Source: Epithemia pelagica (lineage: Eukaryota > Protista > Bacillariophyta). From it: a stretch of DNA of 64,000 nucleotides. The notes below the pieces were generated by a model. That model did not search any database, had not been told where the DNA came from, and saw only the letters and a list, made by a program, of their open reading frames with translations. This document shows, in pieces, positions 33,958-48,337 of this stretch. Every line of letters starts with the position of its first letter. The first letter of the stretch is position 1. A program made the position numbers and the translations under genes. Where the stretch lies: the NCBI GenBank assembly GCA_946965045.2, contig OX337228.1:1-64000 (forward strand), read 5' to 3'.

Positions 33958-36119
33958 AGTATTGGTTGGAATTGCCCGATGCCGATGGTCATACGGCCTT
34001 GCACTGTGCCTGTTTGTCCAATAGTCTGGCTGTCGTGCAATACTTGGTACAAACGGGACGTGCCTCGGTCCGAGTTCGGAACCATCAAGGACAAACGCCG
34101 TACGATGTGGCGACGCAATCGGCTGTCCGACAATACTTGTTGCCCCTCCAATTGCAACAAGAAACAGCCGAAGCCTTGGCCAATGGAGGACAGGGATTAA
34201 TTCCCGGCATGGATATGGGAGGATTGACCATTGCGCAATACTCGCAACATCAGCAGCAATCACAACCACCAACGACGGGTGGAGCGGCTCCACCCACAAC
34301 ACCAACCACACAAGCACCACCTGTCATGCCTCCCTATTCCAGTGGAGGAGCACCACCATCTGCTACCATCTCTGCGACGTCATCTTCACCCTATGCCGCG
34401 CAGTCTCAGTCCTCTCCACCGGCCGCTCCGCATTCGGCTCCTGTCTTGTCGTTGTCGTCGTCGTATGCGCGGGTCGGAGGTTCCTCGGCGGCCATTTTTA
34501 GCAAATATCAAGCCGATGGGTTTCATTCCTCCGCCTCGGACAAGTCCTTGCAACAAAAATATGGACATGCTGCAGCAGATGCAAATCGATTGGCTGCCTT
34601 GCCACCTCCCCCCACGAGTGGCAATGGTGCAACCATTGGCACTAATACTACAACAAACCCCTATGCGAGTGGGACAAACCCCTATGCCGGTGGAGCTGCG
34701 ACACGAAGTCGCAGTTTTGGCCATGCTTCTCGCTATGTCACCTACAATCCTCACGGAGGAGTAGTACAACCAGCCACAACACCGGCCATGCCCACCCAAC
34801 AATCCTTTTCCCACAGTCAGTCCACCGGTGGAGCTCCAACCTATCACTACTTTGTGCCAGGACAACAACAACAACCAGCACAACAACACGGACAGTACCA
34901 GCAACCTCAGCAACAAGCACAACACTATCATCAACAACAACAACCAGGACAATACCATCAAGAGCAACCCTCGTATCCATCCAGTACGACAACAACAGCA
35001 ACAAGTGGATATGCACAGCCCTCCACTCCCGCAACGGCACCCTATTCCGGGGGAGGAGTCCCATCCTATTCGACAAGCAGTCCAATGAGTTCCTCGGCCT
35101 TGCCTCCTCCACCCTATTCGTCCACCTTGGCGTCAGCCACACTCACCACACCCGTGGAAGCTCCTACCCTGAATAGCAGTCCACCTGGTGCAGTTCTATC
35201 CTCACCCTCACCTCCAACTTCCCCCCTGGATGCGGCTGCTACCTTTGCGTCTCCCCCATCGGGTGGCATTCCATCGGGTAGCCTGCCAACAACAACCACA
35301 ACAACCACTGCGGCTGGCATTTTTGCCTCTCCTCCGTCCGGAGGCGCACCAGAACGACGACAAGACCCAGCAACCATCACTTCGAATACTACTACTAGTA
35401 GTAGTACCACGATGGATGCTCTCACCACCTTTGCGTCCCCACCATCGGGAGGTGTCCCATTGACAACAACAACAAAGACAAATCTCACAACCACCAATGC
35501 CAATGCTGCTGGCACCTTTGCCTCTCCACTATCGAGAGGAGGAGCAGGTGTACCATCCTCCTCCCAAGCCCTGGCAACAGGAGGAGCAACCAACACCGCC
35601 CCTCCAACCACGACTAGTACAGGCATGACATCTCCTCCTCCTGCTCCTAATGCCCATGCTCTGTTTGCGACACCGTCCCCCTCACAACCTTTGAGTAGTA
35701 CTAGTGAGGCAACTGCTGCCAACGTGTTTGGTACTACTAGTACTACGAGTACCACCGAGGCTGTTGCCATTGCGAGTGCGACAGTCGCCGAATCGAAGAC
35801 CGTTTCGCAGGATCCCACCAAAGTCATGACCGCATCGGCGCTCTTTGCAGCCGGGGCGGAACCAGCACCAACGACCAGTTCCGAAACGACGCCAACGCTT
35901 ACCGAACCAACCACCAGTACCGGGACGACGGACGTTGTCGACGACCACGACGCTGGGGATGGTATCCTAGAAGATATTTCCTTAACCACGTCCACTCCAA
36001 CAACGACGACGACCCAAGCACAACCTGCTACTACGACCACCACCACAGGCACGGATTTGTATTCGTCCATTGGTATGCCACCGCCACCGTTTTCATCGTC
36101 AGCTCCATCCGAATCATGA
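33642..36119 (+). CDS. Ankyrin-repeat protein with a long P/S/T/Q-rich tail
   Basis: SALHVACLYG, DGHTALHCAC and QGQTPYDVA motifs; ATG at 33642. Confidence 0.88.
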
Positions 36120-36719
36120 AGGATTCTCGGCTCTCGGGAGTCGGTTTAGATCTTGGATACACTGTCGTGATGCGGAGCAAGTTCCCAAACTTGACACACC
36201 ACGACAAGAACACCGCATGCTAGAACACGTTTTCTCTCTCATTCTATAAGAATAATATTGATAATATGAGGTATTAGAACAAACCAAACCATTGGAGCAA
36301 CACTCTGTATAGTTTGGTTTGTGCCATGACCCGTTACTCCTTTGTGTGTCGTTGGACATGGGGCTGATTGTCGTGCAAACAAGGAGATCACGAACCAACA
36401 CTCTAACTCATCTATATATATACTCAGAACGGACCCGAGGATATTGTGGACTATGTTTACGCCTAATACAGAGAGACAACCCTGGAGAGTAGGTATAATG
36501 GAGAGAGATATTGCCGAGTTATAATTATTACAAAAGGATCTTCGCAGCATGCAGTTTTGGAGTATGAGACGCGATGGAGAGATACAAATAGTGTAAAGAT
36601 AGGCCAGGATCTTGCTTGCGGGGAGACACAGGAACCACCACAGTATTCACATAGCGCTGTGACACTTGGTAGCACGCACCCTATTTCCCTTCCTGCTCTG
36701 TTGTCGCGAACGATACCTA

Positions 36720-39700
36720 CTAGTCCGCACATCGTTGTGCTTGGAGTGGAGTCATGACACCACCCACGGGGAGAAAACACATTTCTCCATCGGGAGCAAA
36801 GGCTGATACCCGAAGACCACCCTCCTCTTCCAAGATTTCCATCAAATCATCGCTTTGATCCGCCACAGCCGGATTCTTGGCTTCCGACGGCGGATAAATT
36901 TGCCAGAACTTGTCCTTTTCCGTTTCCCAATTGGCCAAAATCCCGTCCGCCCGTGCACTTTCGGTCAAGGCCGAGTGTCGTTCAATCATGTGACGCAACT
37001 GTCGAAATCCCATTTCGGTTTGCACTCGTTGACTCTTGACAATCTCTGGATTCAATTTGTCATGAAAGCTTCCGTCCGCATCGTAAAAATATCCGAGACC
37101 ACCAGTCATGCCAGCTCCCACATTGCGTCCCACACTACCCAACATGACCACGACACCACCCGTCATGTATTCGCAGCAATGATCTCCTGCCCCCTCGGCC
37201 ACAGCAAAGGCACCACTGTTGCGGACGCCAAATCGCTCACCGGCACGTCCATGTGCATGAAAGTCTCCACCCGTCGCTCCATACAAACAGGCATTGCCCA
37301 CAATGCTGGACTCTTCCGGGACAAATCCGCGTTTCCCTGGCGGCACCACCACGATTTCTCCTCCATGCATACCCTTGCCCACATAATCATTGGCTTCTCC
37401 CGTCAACCGAACAGCAAGACCTGGTAGAACAAAGGCACCAAAGGATTGACCGGCACTACCAGTAAATTCCACCATAATCCGTCCATCGAATCCGACATTG
37501 CCATGGGCACGAGCAATCTCACCCGAAAGCATGGCGCACGTGCTTCGATCCGTATTCTTGATGGGGAATCTCAATATAGCTTCTCCGGCATTCTCGGCAA
37601 TCACCTTTTGAACGTCTGGGTGACGAGCGAGATCGCGATCTAGATCTGAGCTAAATCCATTAACATGAATGTTTTCTTCCTTCATGACTTGTTGGCCACC
37701 GTCAATGGTGGCACGCAAAAAGGATCGATCTTGAGCCGTGTTGGGAGCCGAGGAAAAGAAGTTGTCCAAATCAATCTTTTCCGTCTTGGAGACACGGCTC
37801 ATTTGACCTTCACTTTTGGTTAACAAGTCCACACGGCCAATCAAATCTTCCAACTTGGTGTAACCAAGATGGGAGAGTAACTGCCGTATTTCTTCAGCGA
37901 CAAAGTAAAAGAAATTGACGACATGGTCTGGTGTTCCAGGGAATTTCTTTCGTAGTTCTTCCTTTTGACTCGTCACTCCCACGGGACATGTGTTGAGATG
38001 GCATACACGGGCCATGACACAACCTTCTGATATCATGGCAATGGTTCCAAATCCAAATTCCTCGGCTCCCAACATGGCTGCCACGACAACGTCACGACCG
38101 GTACGGATTCCTCCGTCCACACGAAGGACGACGCGGTCACGAAGGCCATTTTGGTACAAGGCAGAATGTGCTTCAGTGAGACCTAGTTCCCATGGACACC
38201 CAGCGTGTTTGATGGAAGAGAGCGGTGAGGCACCTGTTCCACCATCATTGCCCGAAATTTGAATCACATCGGCATCGGCCTTGGCCACACCGCAGGCAAC
38301 GGTGCCAATACCAATGGACGACACCAGTTTGACCGAGACACCCGCCTTTTCGTTAACGGCGTGCAGGTCATGAATCAATTGAGCCAAATCCTCAATACTG
38401 TAAATGTCGTGATGAGGTGGCGGCGAAATCAGGGTGACACCGGGCTTACTGGCTCGCAATCCGGCAATATATTCCGATACCTTGGCTCCTGGAAGCTGTC
38501 CACCTTCGCCTGGCTTGGCACCCTGAGCCATTTTGATTTCCAACTGTTTGGCCGTGACCAAGAATTCCGGTGTGACACCAAAACGACCACTCGCCACTTG
38601 GTGCACAAAGGAGTTGGCCGAATCACCATTCTTCAAGCCGGCCAAATGAGGAAAGGTTGGACTCCGTCCGGTCGCTTCATCGACATCATTAATCACCGAA
38701 CCTCTCAAGACATCTTCACCTCCTTCGCCCGAGTTGGATTTCCCTCCAATTCGGTTGACGGCAATGGCCAAGGTTTCATGGGCTTCTCGACTCAGAGCAC
38801 CCAACGACATGGCTCCCGTACAAAAGCGTTGCATAATGCTCGAGGCGGATTCCACCTCTTCCATGGGAATGCTTTCCCGATCCGAATCAAAGTCAAACAA
38901 GTCTCGAATGTTTGCGAGCGGTGCCGAAGCGAGACTCTCCTTGAAAATTTCGTAATTGGCCGCATTGGATGTGGGGACAATGCCGTCTTGGCCGAGTTTT
39001 TGTCGGTTTTCCACCGTCACCTTCTTGTCCAATCCAATGGCATTGTGCAAGAGCTTGGCCAAATCGGCCGAGTTGACATGATATTCGCCCAACTTGGGGA
39101 CCGGTTTGTAAAAGCCATAATTCAAGAGCTTGCGTTTCATGTCGGCCACTTCGGGTCGCATCATGACAGTTTCTTGGGCAATGTCTTTAAAGGTCATACC
39201 ACCAATACGACTGGTCGTTCCACGGAAACAGGTGTCAATGACTTCCGGGCCCATTCCCAAGGCTTCAAAAATTTGGGCGCCGTGGTAGGATGTCAAGAGG
39301 GAAATGCCCATTTTGGACAAGATTTTGAGCAATCCATTTTCCACCGCCTTGCGGTAATTGGCTTGGGCTTCCTCGACCGTATACGACTTGAGTTTGCCCG
39401 CTCTCATCATGTTTTGCGTCTTGGACAAACCGTGCCATTGTTTTACCGTTTCCAACGCCATGTAGGGATGTACCGCATTGGCACCGTATCCCACCAAACA
39501 GGCAATATGATGCGTCGACCAGGCTCCTCCCGTTTCGACCACAATGCCCGTATCCATACGGCGGCCTTGTTGAATCAAGCAATGGTGTACCGCACCCACT
39601 GCGACCAAGGGCGGAATGTAGGTCGTATCTTCCAATGTGGCACTGTCGAGAGCCTTGTCGCTCAGAATCAACACTTCGACCTTTTGCGTTTGTACCATAT

Positions 39701-42103
39701 CAATGGCTTGTGCGCAGAGAGCATCCAAGGCCACCTTGAGTCCCTGAGGTCCATCGGCCAAGGGATATCGGGTGGACAAGGTGGCTTGGACAAAGCCATC
39801 TTCGCGATGGGGTGGTGCCAATTGCGCCAAGGCATTGAGTTCGGCTTGATTGAGAATGGGCGATTTCAAATGAATGAGGCGAGCTCCCTTTTCCGACACT
39901 TTGTAAATACTTTGTTTCTTGCCCAATGTCATGGCCAGGGACATGACGACCCCTTCTCGTAGGGGATCAATGGGTGGATTGGTCACTTGGGCAAAGCGTT
40001 GTTTGAAGTAATTGTAAATCGGATGGGGATATTGGGACAAGACCGAGAGGGGTGCATCGTCTCCCATGGAATAGGTGGTTTCCTTGGCCGATCCCGCCAT
40101 GTCGGCAATTTGCATGCCAATATCTTCCAAACTCCATCCAAACATGGCTTGGGCCATGGTGACAGTGGCCTCGTCGTCATACAAGCGATTGGAATCAAAG
40201 GCCATGCGATCCAAATCCACACGTTGACGAGCCAACCATTCACCATAGGGATGACCTGTTGTAATACATACAATGCACGAGAGCAACACCAACCACAACC
40301 GACGACCAAGAGTTGCGCGCAACACACAAAAACAAACACGTGTGAGAGTCGATACCACACAAGCCAGCAAGCCAGCAACCACACAGACTGCATCCGACAC
40401 ACGACACACGAGACACACGTACGTTTGGCAATTTCTTGTTTGATTTGCAAATCGTCCTTGAATTCTCCCGTGGTCAAATCGACATTGATCATTTGTCCCG
40501 GTCCCAATCGTCCCTTTTGCACAATGGATTCATCCGACAAATTGGGAATGACACCCGTTTCGGACATGACATACACCGTGCCTTGATCATCGATACTGTA
40601 GCGCGCCGGTCGTAACCCATTGCGATCCAAACTGGCCCCAATCGATTTGCCATCGGAAAAGACCAAGAGGGCCGGTCCATCCCAGGCTTCCAACAAGCCG
40701 CCATGAAATTGATAAAAATCGGCCACGGTCGTATTGACATAGTCGGGATGATCTTGATGATAGGCGGCCGGCACGAGGGCCATGAGGGCACAGGGGGCGC
40801 GATGGCGGGACATGGTCATTAATTCAAAAACGGCATCGAGATTGGCCGAATCGGACCGGGTCGAGACACTGACGAGGGGTTCCAAAATGGCCGGCAAATC
40901 TTGGGTATTGCACAATTCGACAATGTTGGTGGTGGATTGGGCATCGACCAAATCCACCACATCACTGGTTCTGCGGGACTTGGCCTTTTCACGAGCCCGA
41001 ATCCAATTGACATTGCCCAAGAGGGTATTGATTTCGCCATTGTGACCCACCACGCGCATGGGTTGGGCCAAGGGCCATTGAGGATTGGTATTGGTGGAAA
41101 AGCGCCGATGGTACAAGACAAATTGGGTCGTGTAGAGCGGATTTTGCAAATCAAGGTAAAATTGACTCAACACGGCGGCTTGCACCATGCCCTTGTAGAC
41201 AATGGTGCGCGAACTAAACGAGGCAATGTAGGTATTGACATCGCCTTGTTCTTCCTTTTCTGCCAGTGTCAATTCCAATCCACGTTGTTGCAATTCGACA
41301 ATAAACCGTCGCCGCACCAAATACAAGGTTCGTTCAAAATCATCGCCGGTATCGTCCACTTGTTCCACGGGATGTTGTCGAGCGGGCGGTTGGACAATCA
41401 ATTGCCAAATGCTCGGCACGGCTTGTCGGGCCAAGGGACCCAAGACGTCTGGATTGACGGGCACTTCGCGCCAAGCGACAAAGTCCAATTCATTGGCCGC
41501 ACACACTTCTTCCAAGACGGCTTGGACGGCCGCACGACGCTCGGCATTGCGCGGCAAAAAGACCATTCCAACGCCCCGAACGACATTGGTAGCACCATTG
41601 GCAGCATCTCCATTGACTTGTGGTGGTTGTTCGCCATTGGTAGTGCTTGCGCCATGGGCATTTCCATTGGTCATTCCATAATAGTCGGCCAAAAGGGGTT
41701 GAGGAATTTGCGTCATGATACCCGCACCATCGCCCGATTCACCATCGCCTCCACAGGCCCCTCGATGTTCCATGCAATTCAAAGCCGACAAGCCTTGTTG
41801 CAACAAGGAATGCGAGGCGGGGAGTTGTGGATTGGCAATAAATCCAACCCCACAAGCATCGCGTTCTGTCGTCAAGGCACGTTCCACTTCTTCTTCTTGG
41901 AGACGACGAGTGGTTTGGTCCGGTGTCGTCCATGCCATGGTTCTAGTGGTGAGAATAGGATGGAACTGGCGCAAGGATGGCGTAGTTTGTGGGAGCACAA
42001 AGGCCATGGTTGTGACAGCATGGTGAGACGATACCACCACAACAGCCACCCAAAACCATCCAGCAAGGAACCGTCCTTGGTTTGTCAAGCAATGAAGATT
42101 CAT
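36720..42103 (-). CDS. glsF: Plastid ferredoxin-dependent glutamate synthase (2 exons; intron 40256-40422)
   Basis: ERDACGVGF N-terminal Cys, HRRFSTNT, HNGEINT, QVASGRFGV, IKMAQGAKPGEGGQL, CHLNTCPVG. GT-AG intron restores KRHPYGEW. Signal peptide plus AF motif; no fused GltD domain. Confidence 0.97.
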
Positions 42104-43219
42104 CCTGGTGACTGTACTACACAACGAAACGAAGACTTCTGATTTGGGTGGAAGGGGTGCAGATTCCCCACCGACAAACGATGCTTGTTCGTTCCAAGAG
42201 AGAGACGACGCTTTTCTTTTGAATGTGGAAGGAGCAGGCTCAGATTCTCTTCTCTTTTTCTTTGTGGCAGAGATTCAATCGAATGTTTGTGTACGTTTCA
42301 ACAAGCCGTTCCAGAAGAAGAACAAGAAGGCAGAGCCGCCGAACAATACATTAGAAAGGGAGGCATCAAAAATAAAAGGATCCAGTGCACATCAACCATC
42401 AACGGTGGAGAGATGCTTCCGTTCTTTTCTCGGTGGGTGTGTGGTCGCGCACAAGTGCAAGTACAAGTACGTGTTGTCGGCATCCCCCCACCAGTGCCAG
42501 TTCCACTATGGGGGAAATCTGTACCGAGAAAGAATTCTCAAGGAAAGTACGACGAAAGTGCAACGGGCCAAAGCTATCATGCCTATGGTATTGTCTAGCT
42601 ATGTAGCTGCACACCCTGCAAACTATCGTCTGGCCGTCCTTTCGCATCGGGTGCGCCCGGCGCGGATCGGCAGTCGTGTATTGTAGCGCGCGCGTCGAGC
42701 ACAGCATTCACTCCCGAAATCTTTCATGGACACGCCGCATCCCATAATCTCGAAACGAAAGTGGACCATCGTGACGGTCTTCCATGAGTACGTCGACAAG
42801 AAGCATCCACACTCTAGCTTGTCTTGTTGCGGCAATTCGTTCTACTACCGAGGAGGAAGAGGCGGAACGTGGAGATCTTCCCACAGTCAGTCACAATTAG
42901 CAGCGTAGAACAATCAAAGCTTACGACTGTTTTCAATTTTCGCCAATGACGGATGGCCACGGATTGGAACATGAGATGTATAGAGAAGAGAGAGAAAAAC
43001 CATGTCTACTATTACTACTATCTCGAGATATCTTTCTAGAGTGTTCGAGCTGTAGAATTCTGCTTACCCAAACTACAACGATTCATGATAGTCTTGCACA
43101 CAGCAATGTCACAAATAGGATTTTATTATAGAATTGTTGTAGGATACAACGAGATCGAATTGTACCTTTAGTAGTGGCAAGGATATGCTTGTGCCATGTA
43201 TGTGTTCCATGTCACCCTC

Positions 43220-46200
43220 TTAATCCCATCGTTCCCATCCCGTCGTTCGCTGCGTTGGCAATATGGGATTTTCATTGGCGGGTACTTTACCCGTTCCGGC
43301 CAATGTTTGCAACCACAATCCAATCGTCGCCAAGGCCTCACTGGATCGCAGCCGGACATGGGATTTGGATTGGGGGTTGTGTGCCAAATGGACCAACGTG
43401 GCAACGGCATTTTTTGTATTTGTAATGGCCACCACCGCGCCCGGTTCCGTCGTTAAATTGTACAGGGTCGACACAGCGGCTTCCTTTTCCTCGTCTTGGA
43501 CACGCATGGCGCAGGCCGTGATGAACACCAAGACCCGTTCCGTGGCGAGCTTTAACTTACTCTTGGGGTCGGTGGAAAGATTTTGCAAACATCGAAGCGC
43601 CGCGAAACGATCTTGTGGGATTTGGGAAGCCTCGCCGAGCTCCATGAGACTGGGAACCAATCCCTGAAAGTCGGCCAAAATGGTATTGTTGGCAGGAAAT
43701 CGAGAAAAGTTCAACACAATCTCCAGACATTTGGTATGAATTGGATTCGTCCTTTCATTCGCGACCATCAACACATTATGCAACACAAAGTTGTTGGCAC
43801 AGAGACGGTCCTGTATAGTTACATCAACAACGAAACGAGACAAGAACACACATGAGATACGCTGATATATACGAGGCACCAAGCAACATCGATCCAATCT
43901 GACTTACCGCTGTGGGGCAATGCTTGGAGAGATGTAAAAAGACAGCACATGAATTGGAACGTGCTCGTTCATAGAATTCGTGGCTTTTCTCCTTGCTGAT
44001 TTTCCGTAACGATGGATCTGCTTTGCCACGGGACTTTGACTTGGTCGACTTGACAGATTTACTCATGTCATCATCTTCGTCATCGTACGAGTTACTCCTA
44101 CTGTAATCTTCCAAGTGGTCATCATCATCTTCTTCTTCGTCGTCGTCATAATCCTCATAGGAGTTGGGCTGATCTTCATAGGCGGAATCGTCATCTAGGC
44201 TATGGCCGTCACTGGGATAATTTGTAGTACTCGCGGACACACTCAATGTGTTGGTCTCTTCCACATCAGGACGTCGTTGATTCTTTTCTTGTTCCAAAGC
44301 ATTCGGAGTAGGGGTTCGTTTGCCCTTGTTCTTTCCACCCTTTGCTCCAGCCACCGACGCATCCACCTCGGTCGCATCTTCCTTGAGCTGTTGTTTCTTT
44401 TGGGAGTCATGTTGGCCACCCAAAACTTGTGCCAAGAGGATGATTAACCGTTCTTCCTCTGCGAGGGCTTCTCGGCATTCCATCGACTTGGCAATCAAGG
44501 CACAGGCTCCACATGCTAGTACTCGTGCTTCACCATCATCCTGATCAATCACCTTGGTCAGGCAATCTACCATTCCAGGATACATGAGGACTGCTGCTCG
44601 ATTCTCCTTGGGTTCACAGACCGCGTTGAGACAAGCAACGGCACGGGTACGTGCATCCAACGCCGTTTCTCGATCCAGATTGTTGGGAATCGACTGTGTG
44701 GCGGCAAAGATCAAACACGCCAAAAACGAATCGGTGCGAACCATGGTCAATTGATTCTTTTTACTCCCCTGCAACAAGACTTTGAGTGCCCCACAAGCAT
44801 TGCTCCGGCGCTGCAGTGAGGATCCCATGGCAGCTACAATCAATTGCTTCAAATCAGACTTGGGTTTGATCCAACGAATAGGCTCGGTAGGAACACCGGT
44901 CCAATGATCCGAAATGATATCCTTTCGATCACGAGTGGGAATCGGTGGTTTAAGCACAGGAAAGGGATCTCGGAATCGAAGTCGCCGTGACCCATTCTTG
45001 CCGGACGACTTGTGGGCTGTCTTGGTTTTTCGAACGGGAGAGTTCCTCTTGTCACGCATCGTAGACGGCGAGGGCGAGGATGATCCTCTTCGAAGCAGAT
45101 TGGAGGTGGAGCGTAGACGACTCGATGCTGAAACACCTGCGGAAATCGCATTGATCCGATCGCTGCGGGAGAGAGAATTCGTGGGTGAGCTTGGTTCCTG
45201 CAACGTCGTTGGACCTTGTGATAAATCGGCTCCCGAGTTTTCAATCATGGCGGATCGCGAAGGAATACTAGTCTTTTGTGGAGAAACAGGAGACTTGAAG
45301 GATGATGGATTTTGGTTCGTATCCTTACCGCTGAGGTTCCCGGCGTTCGCCGTCACCACCGAGGAATTGGGCGACACTGCGTCCTTGTTGTTGTTGTCCG
45401 TTGCCATGGGTGGAGCCGAGGTCGTATTGCGACGCAAGGGTGTGGCAGATTTGGGAGAGTCCACCATGAAGCTGGCTGGACTTGGAGGGGGTGCCGCTGG
45501 TGGTTCGGGAGGCTCCTTGCGGTTTCGGTTCAAGGCTCGGTTCGGGTTCTTATTGTTGTTGGTGTTGTTGGTAGTGTTGCCGCTCTTGGTGGGATATTCA
45601 TCCTCCTTTTTCTCATCTTTGGGAACAGAAGAATCTTCCATACCGTCACGCCGCATCTTGTTGTCCTCTTGGTCCGACGGTGCATTGGTCTTTTCCCGAG
45701 GAAGAACGTTGGACAAATCCAGGCTTCCACTCTTGGTGGTAGGAGTCGCAACGACCTGGGGTTGTGGCAATCGCGCCTTTGGTGATGGTGGACCCTCGGA
45801 CCGTGATCCAATCGGGGTCGAAAATTCTTCGGGTTCGGAATCCGTGTCGCTCAAGGTCAAGGGGGACGACGTCCGTCCCGCCTGTGATTGACGGGGAGTC
45901 GTCGTTTCGGGACGAGACAACGAAGAAGGCGTCACGGGCGTCACTCCAATAGTCGTCGTGGGCCCTGCCGTTGGGGGTGAACTTCGAGGCGAAGGAACCG
46001 TCGAGGGTCGCTTCTTATTGTGTTGGGGGGACAGGGTGGCCGAATCCACGGCCAAAGTACCAGCACGAGTTGCACGGTGCGTCAGTGGAGACAGAGTATC
46101 GTTATGAATACTTCGAGGACTGCTTCGAGATCGAGGAAAGGGCGCCTGTCTGGTGGTTTCCGATCGACTCGTAGTGCTGCTGGTGGACGGCAGTTTGTTC

Positions 46201-48044
46201 ATGGAGGGTGGCGACAAGGGATGTTGTTGTTGTGGTTGTTGGGGCGTGAGACGAGCACGAGGACTGCTACTGGACCGTAAGGATGCCACAGTTGCGACTC
46301 GTCGACCCTCAATTGAGGATGCGGCCGAGGCGGCTGACAGTAAATGATCGGCTTCCAGTTTGCGTTGTCGTGTCCGGGCTCGCAATTCCGCCATGGCCGT
46401 ACTGGTCGTGGTCGAAGTCATGAGATTGCTATTATTCGTATTGGGTGGTGACGCCCGCATCCTGGTCGTGGACGATGTGCGCAAGGAACTGGTGGTCAAT
46501 GAGGACGCGTTGCTGCTCGCAATGGGAGTGGAGGGTAAGGAGGTCGCAGTTGCTGCGGCCGGAGAAGAGGCAGAATGCGTGGGAGTGTTGGGAGCAGCAG
46601 TCATGAGTCCTCCTCCACTACTACTTTTGCTGCGTTGCAATCGAATGGCAGCGGCCATGCGCAATCGTCGTTCTCGCGAGTGCGGCGAATTGCCCACCAC
46701 ATTCCACGACGGCGATGTGGGACTTGTGGCCGTACCGGGTGGAGGAGCCGACGAGGGTGGGGACAAGGGTGTCGTCGTCGCATGGGTGCGATTCGAGGGT
46801 GGCGATGCCACAATTCCCAGACTATGATGACTCGTGTTGTGGTTGTGGTCCAGAGGACCTCCCGGCGATGTGGGAGGCCGTGCGGAAAGGGACGGATTGT
46901 TGTTGTTGTTGCGCGACAACAATTGATGCGTGAGATTGGCCGCCACGACCGTCGTGGCAGCCGTAGATGTCGCAGCAACTGAGGAGGCAGCCGCGGCATC
47001 GTCCGTGACACCATCCCAAATATTATCCTCATCATCTTCGTCGTCATGGCCCTGATCCAGTCCATGGAGGTGCTGTGTCGTTGGCGTTTTGGGTCCCACG
47101 GGCGATCCCAGGAACGAAGAAGGTGCAAAGGACGACGAGGGTGCAAAGGAGGACGAAATGGAGGGCGTGCCAATACTGCTATTGGCACCCAGGGGAGATT
47201 TGGTGGTGGTATCGTCCGCAAAGTCTCCCCCTCGCGGGGATGGTGGTGGTGGACCGCGTCCCCGCGAACGTGACCGTAGAGGAGACGAACGAGCGTCATT
47301 GTTGTCATTGCGAGGTGTCGTGTGGACATTCCATTGTGGTTTTTCCGGACTCAGACCAGGTCCCGGTACATCGTGAATTTCTTCCCAGTTCATGCCCCGA
47401 TCCTTGGGATTGGTCGATTCATGTTGATTTTGTTGTTGTTGTTGTTGAGTGTGTTGTGGAGACGGCATGGCAAATTCGTGTTCCAATTCTCCCAAGGCTC
47501 GTTCAAAGGACATGTCCATGGTCGGACCCTTGGAAGAAGACATTGCTGGACTCTTGTTGGCCAAGGTGGTGGGGAGTGGAGCCGTGGTTCGGTTGCTGCT
47601 ACTCATACTTGTACTATAGGGATGATTTCGTTCGTCATCGGGTTCCGTTTCCGAGTCATTGTCATTGTGTGAAATACTACTGGTACTCGGCAAGAGACGG
47701 CCTCCACCACTTGCAGTGGTTGTGGTGGTTGGACTGAGCGGAGCAGCCGATCGCGGACTACTCGTACTTTGATGCACGGCATGCCGCGCGGCGGCAATTT
47801 CTTGTTCGACTCGTTTCATGATGGAATCGGCACTGGGATCGGACGATAAGTGATCGGGCAAGCGCAATCGGCCGTCTTCCTCTTCCTCACTGCTAATATC
47901 ATCGATACTGGTATTTCGAGGGACCATCATCATTCCGCTACTACTGGAAGATCTTCCGCGAGATCTGGGTCGACTCGGAGTGCGACTCGTCGTAGGATTC
48001 GTACCTGCACTTGCAGTAGAAGTAGTGGGGAAGGAGGACGACAT
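43220..48044 (-). CDS. Large protein with disordered N-terminus and C-terminal ARM-like repeats (intron 43811-43907)
   Basis: Long ORF; helical repeats (SNACGALKVL, ARVLACGACAL, RFAALRCLQNL, EAAVSTLYNL); GTAAGT..CAG intron in phase. Confidence 0.85.
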
Positions 48045-48295
48045 GATGATGATGATGATGATTCCTCCAAAGGTGGTGATGCTGGTGGTCAACGCACAAG
48101 TGTCTCAATGGCGTTTTTGGGCCCACACTGAGAGTGCAATGTGTTGTGTTGTGGAACAAAGGTTTCAATTCCTTCGTCGTCTTGCTCCTTTTCCAACTGT
48201 CGGCACTTCGAATATCCAAGCATCATGATTATAATAGTCAACCCAAAAACCATTCCAGGAGTCCACGAAAAACCGCATTCATGGAGTACAAAGAG

Positions 48296-48337
<42 letters not shown>

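Noticed and set aside
29449-41000. Long antisense ORFs (29449-30660, 38259-39962 and similar)
   Set aside because: They are shadows of the well-supported NCKX and GOGAT genes on the opposite strand.
48297-48333. (GA)n and other short microsatellites in intergenic DNA
   Set aside because: Ordinary simple repeats, common throughout this sequence.
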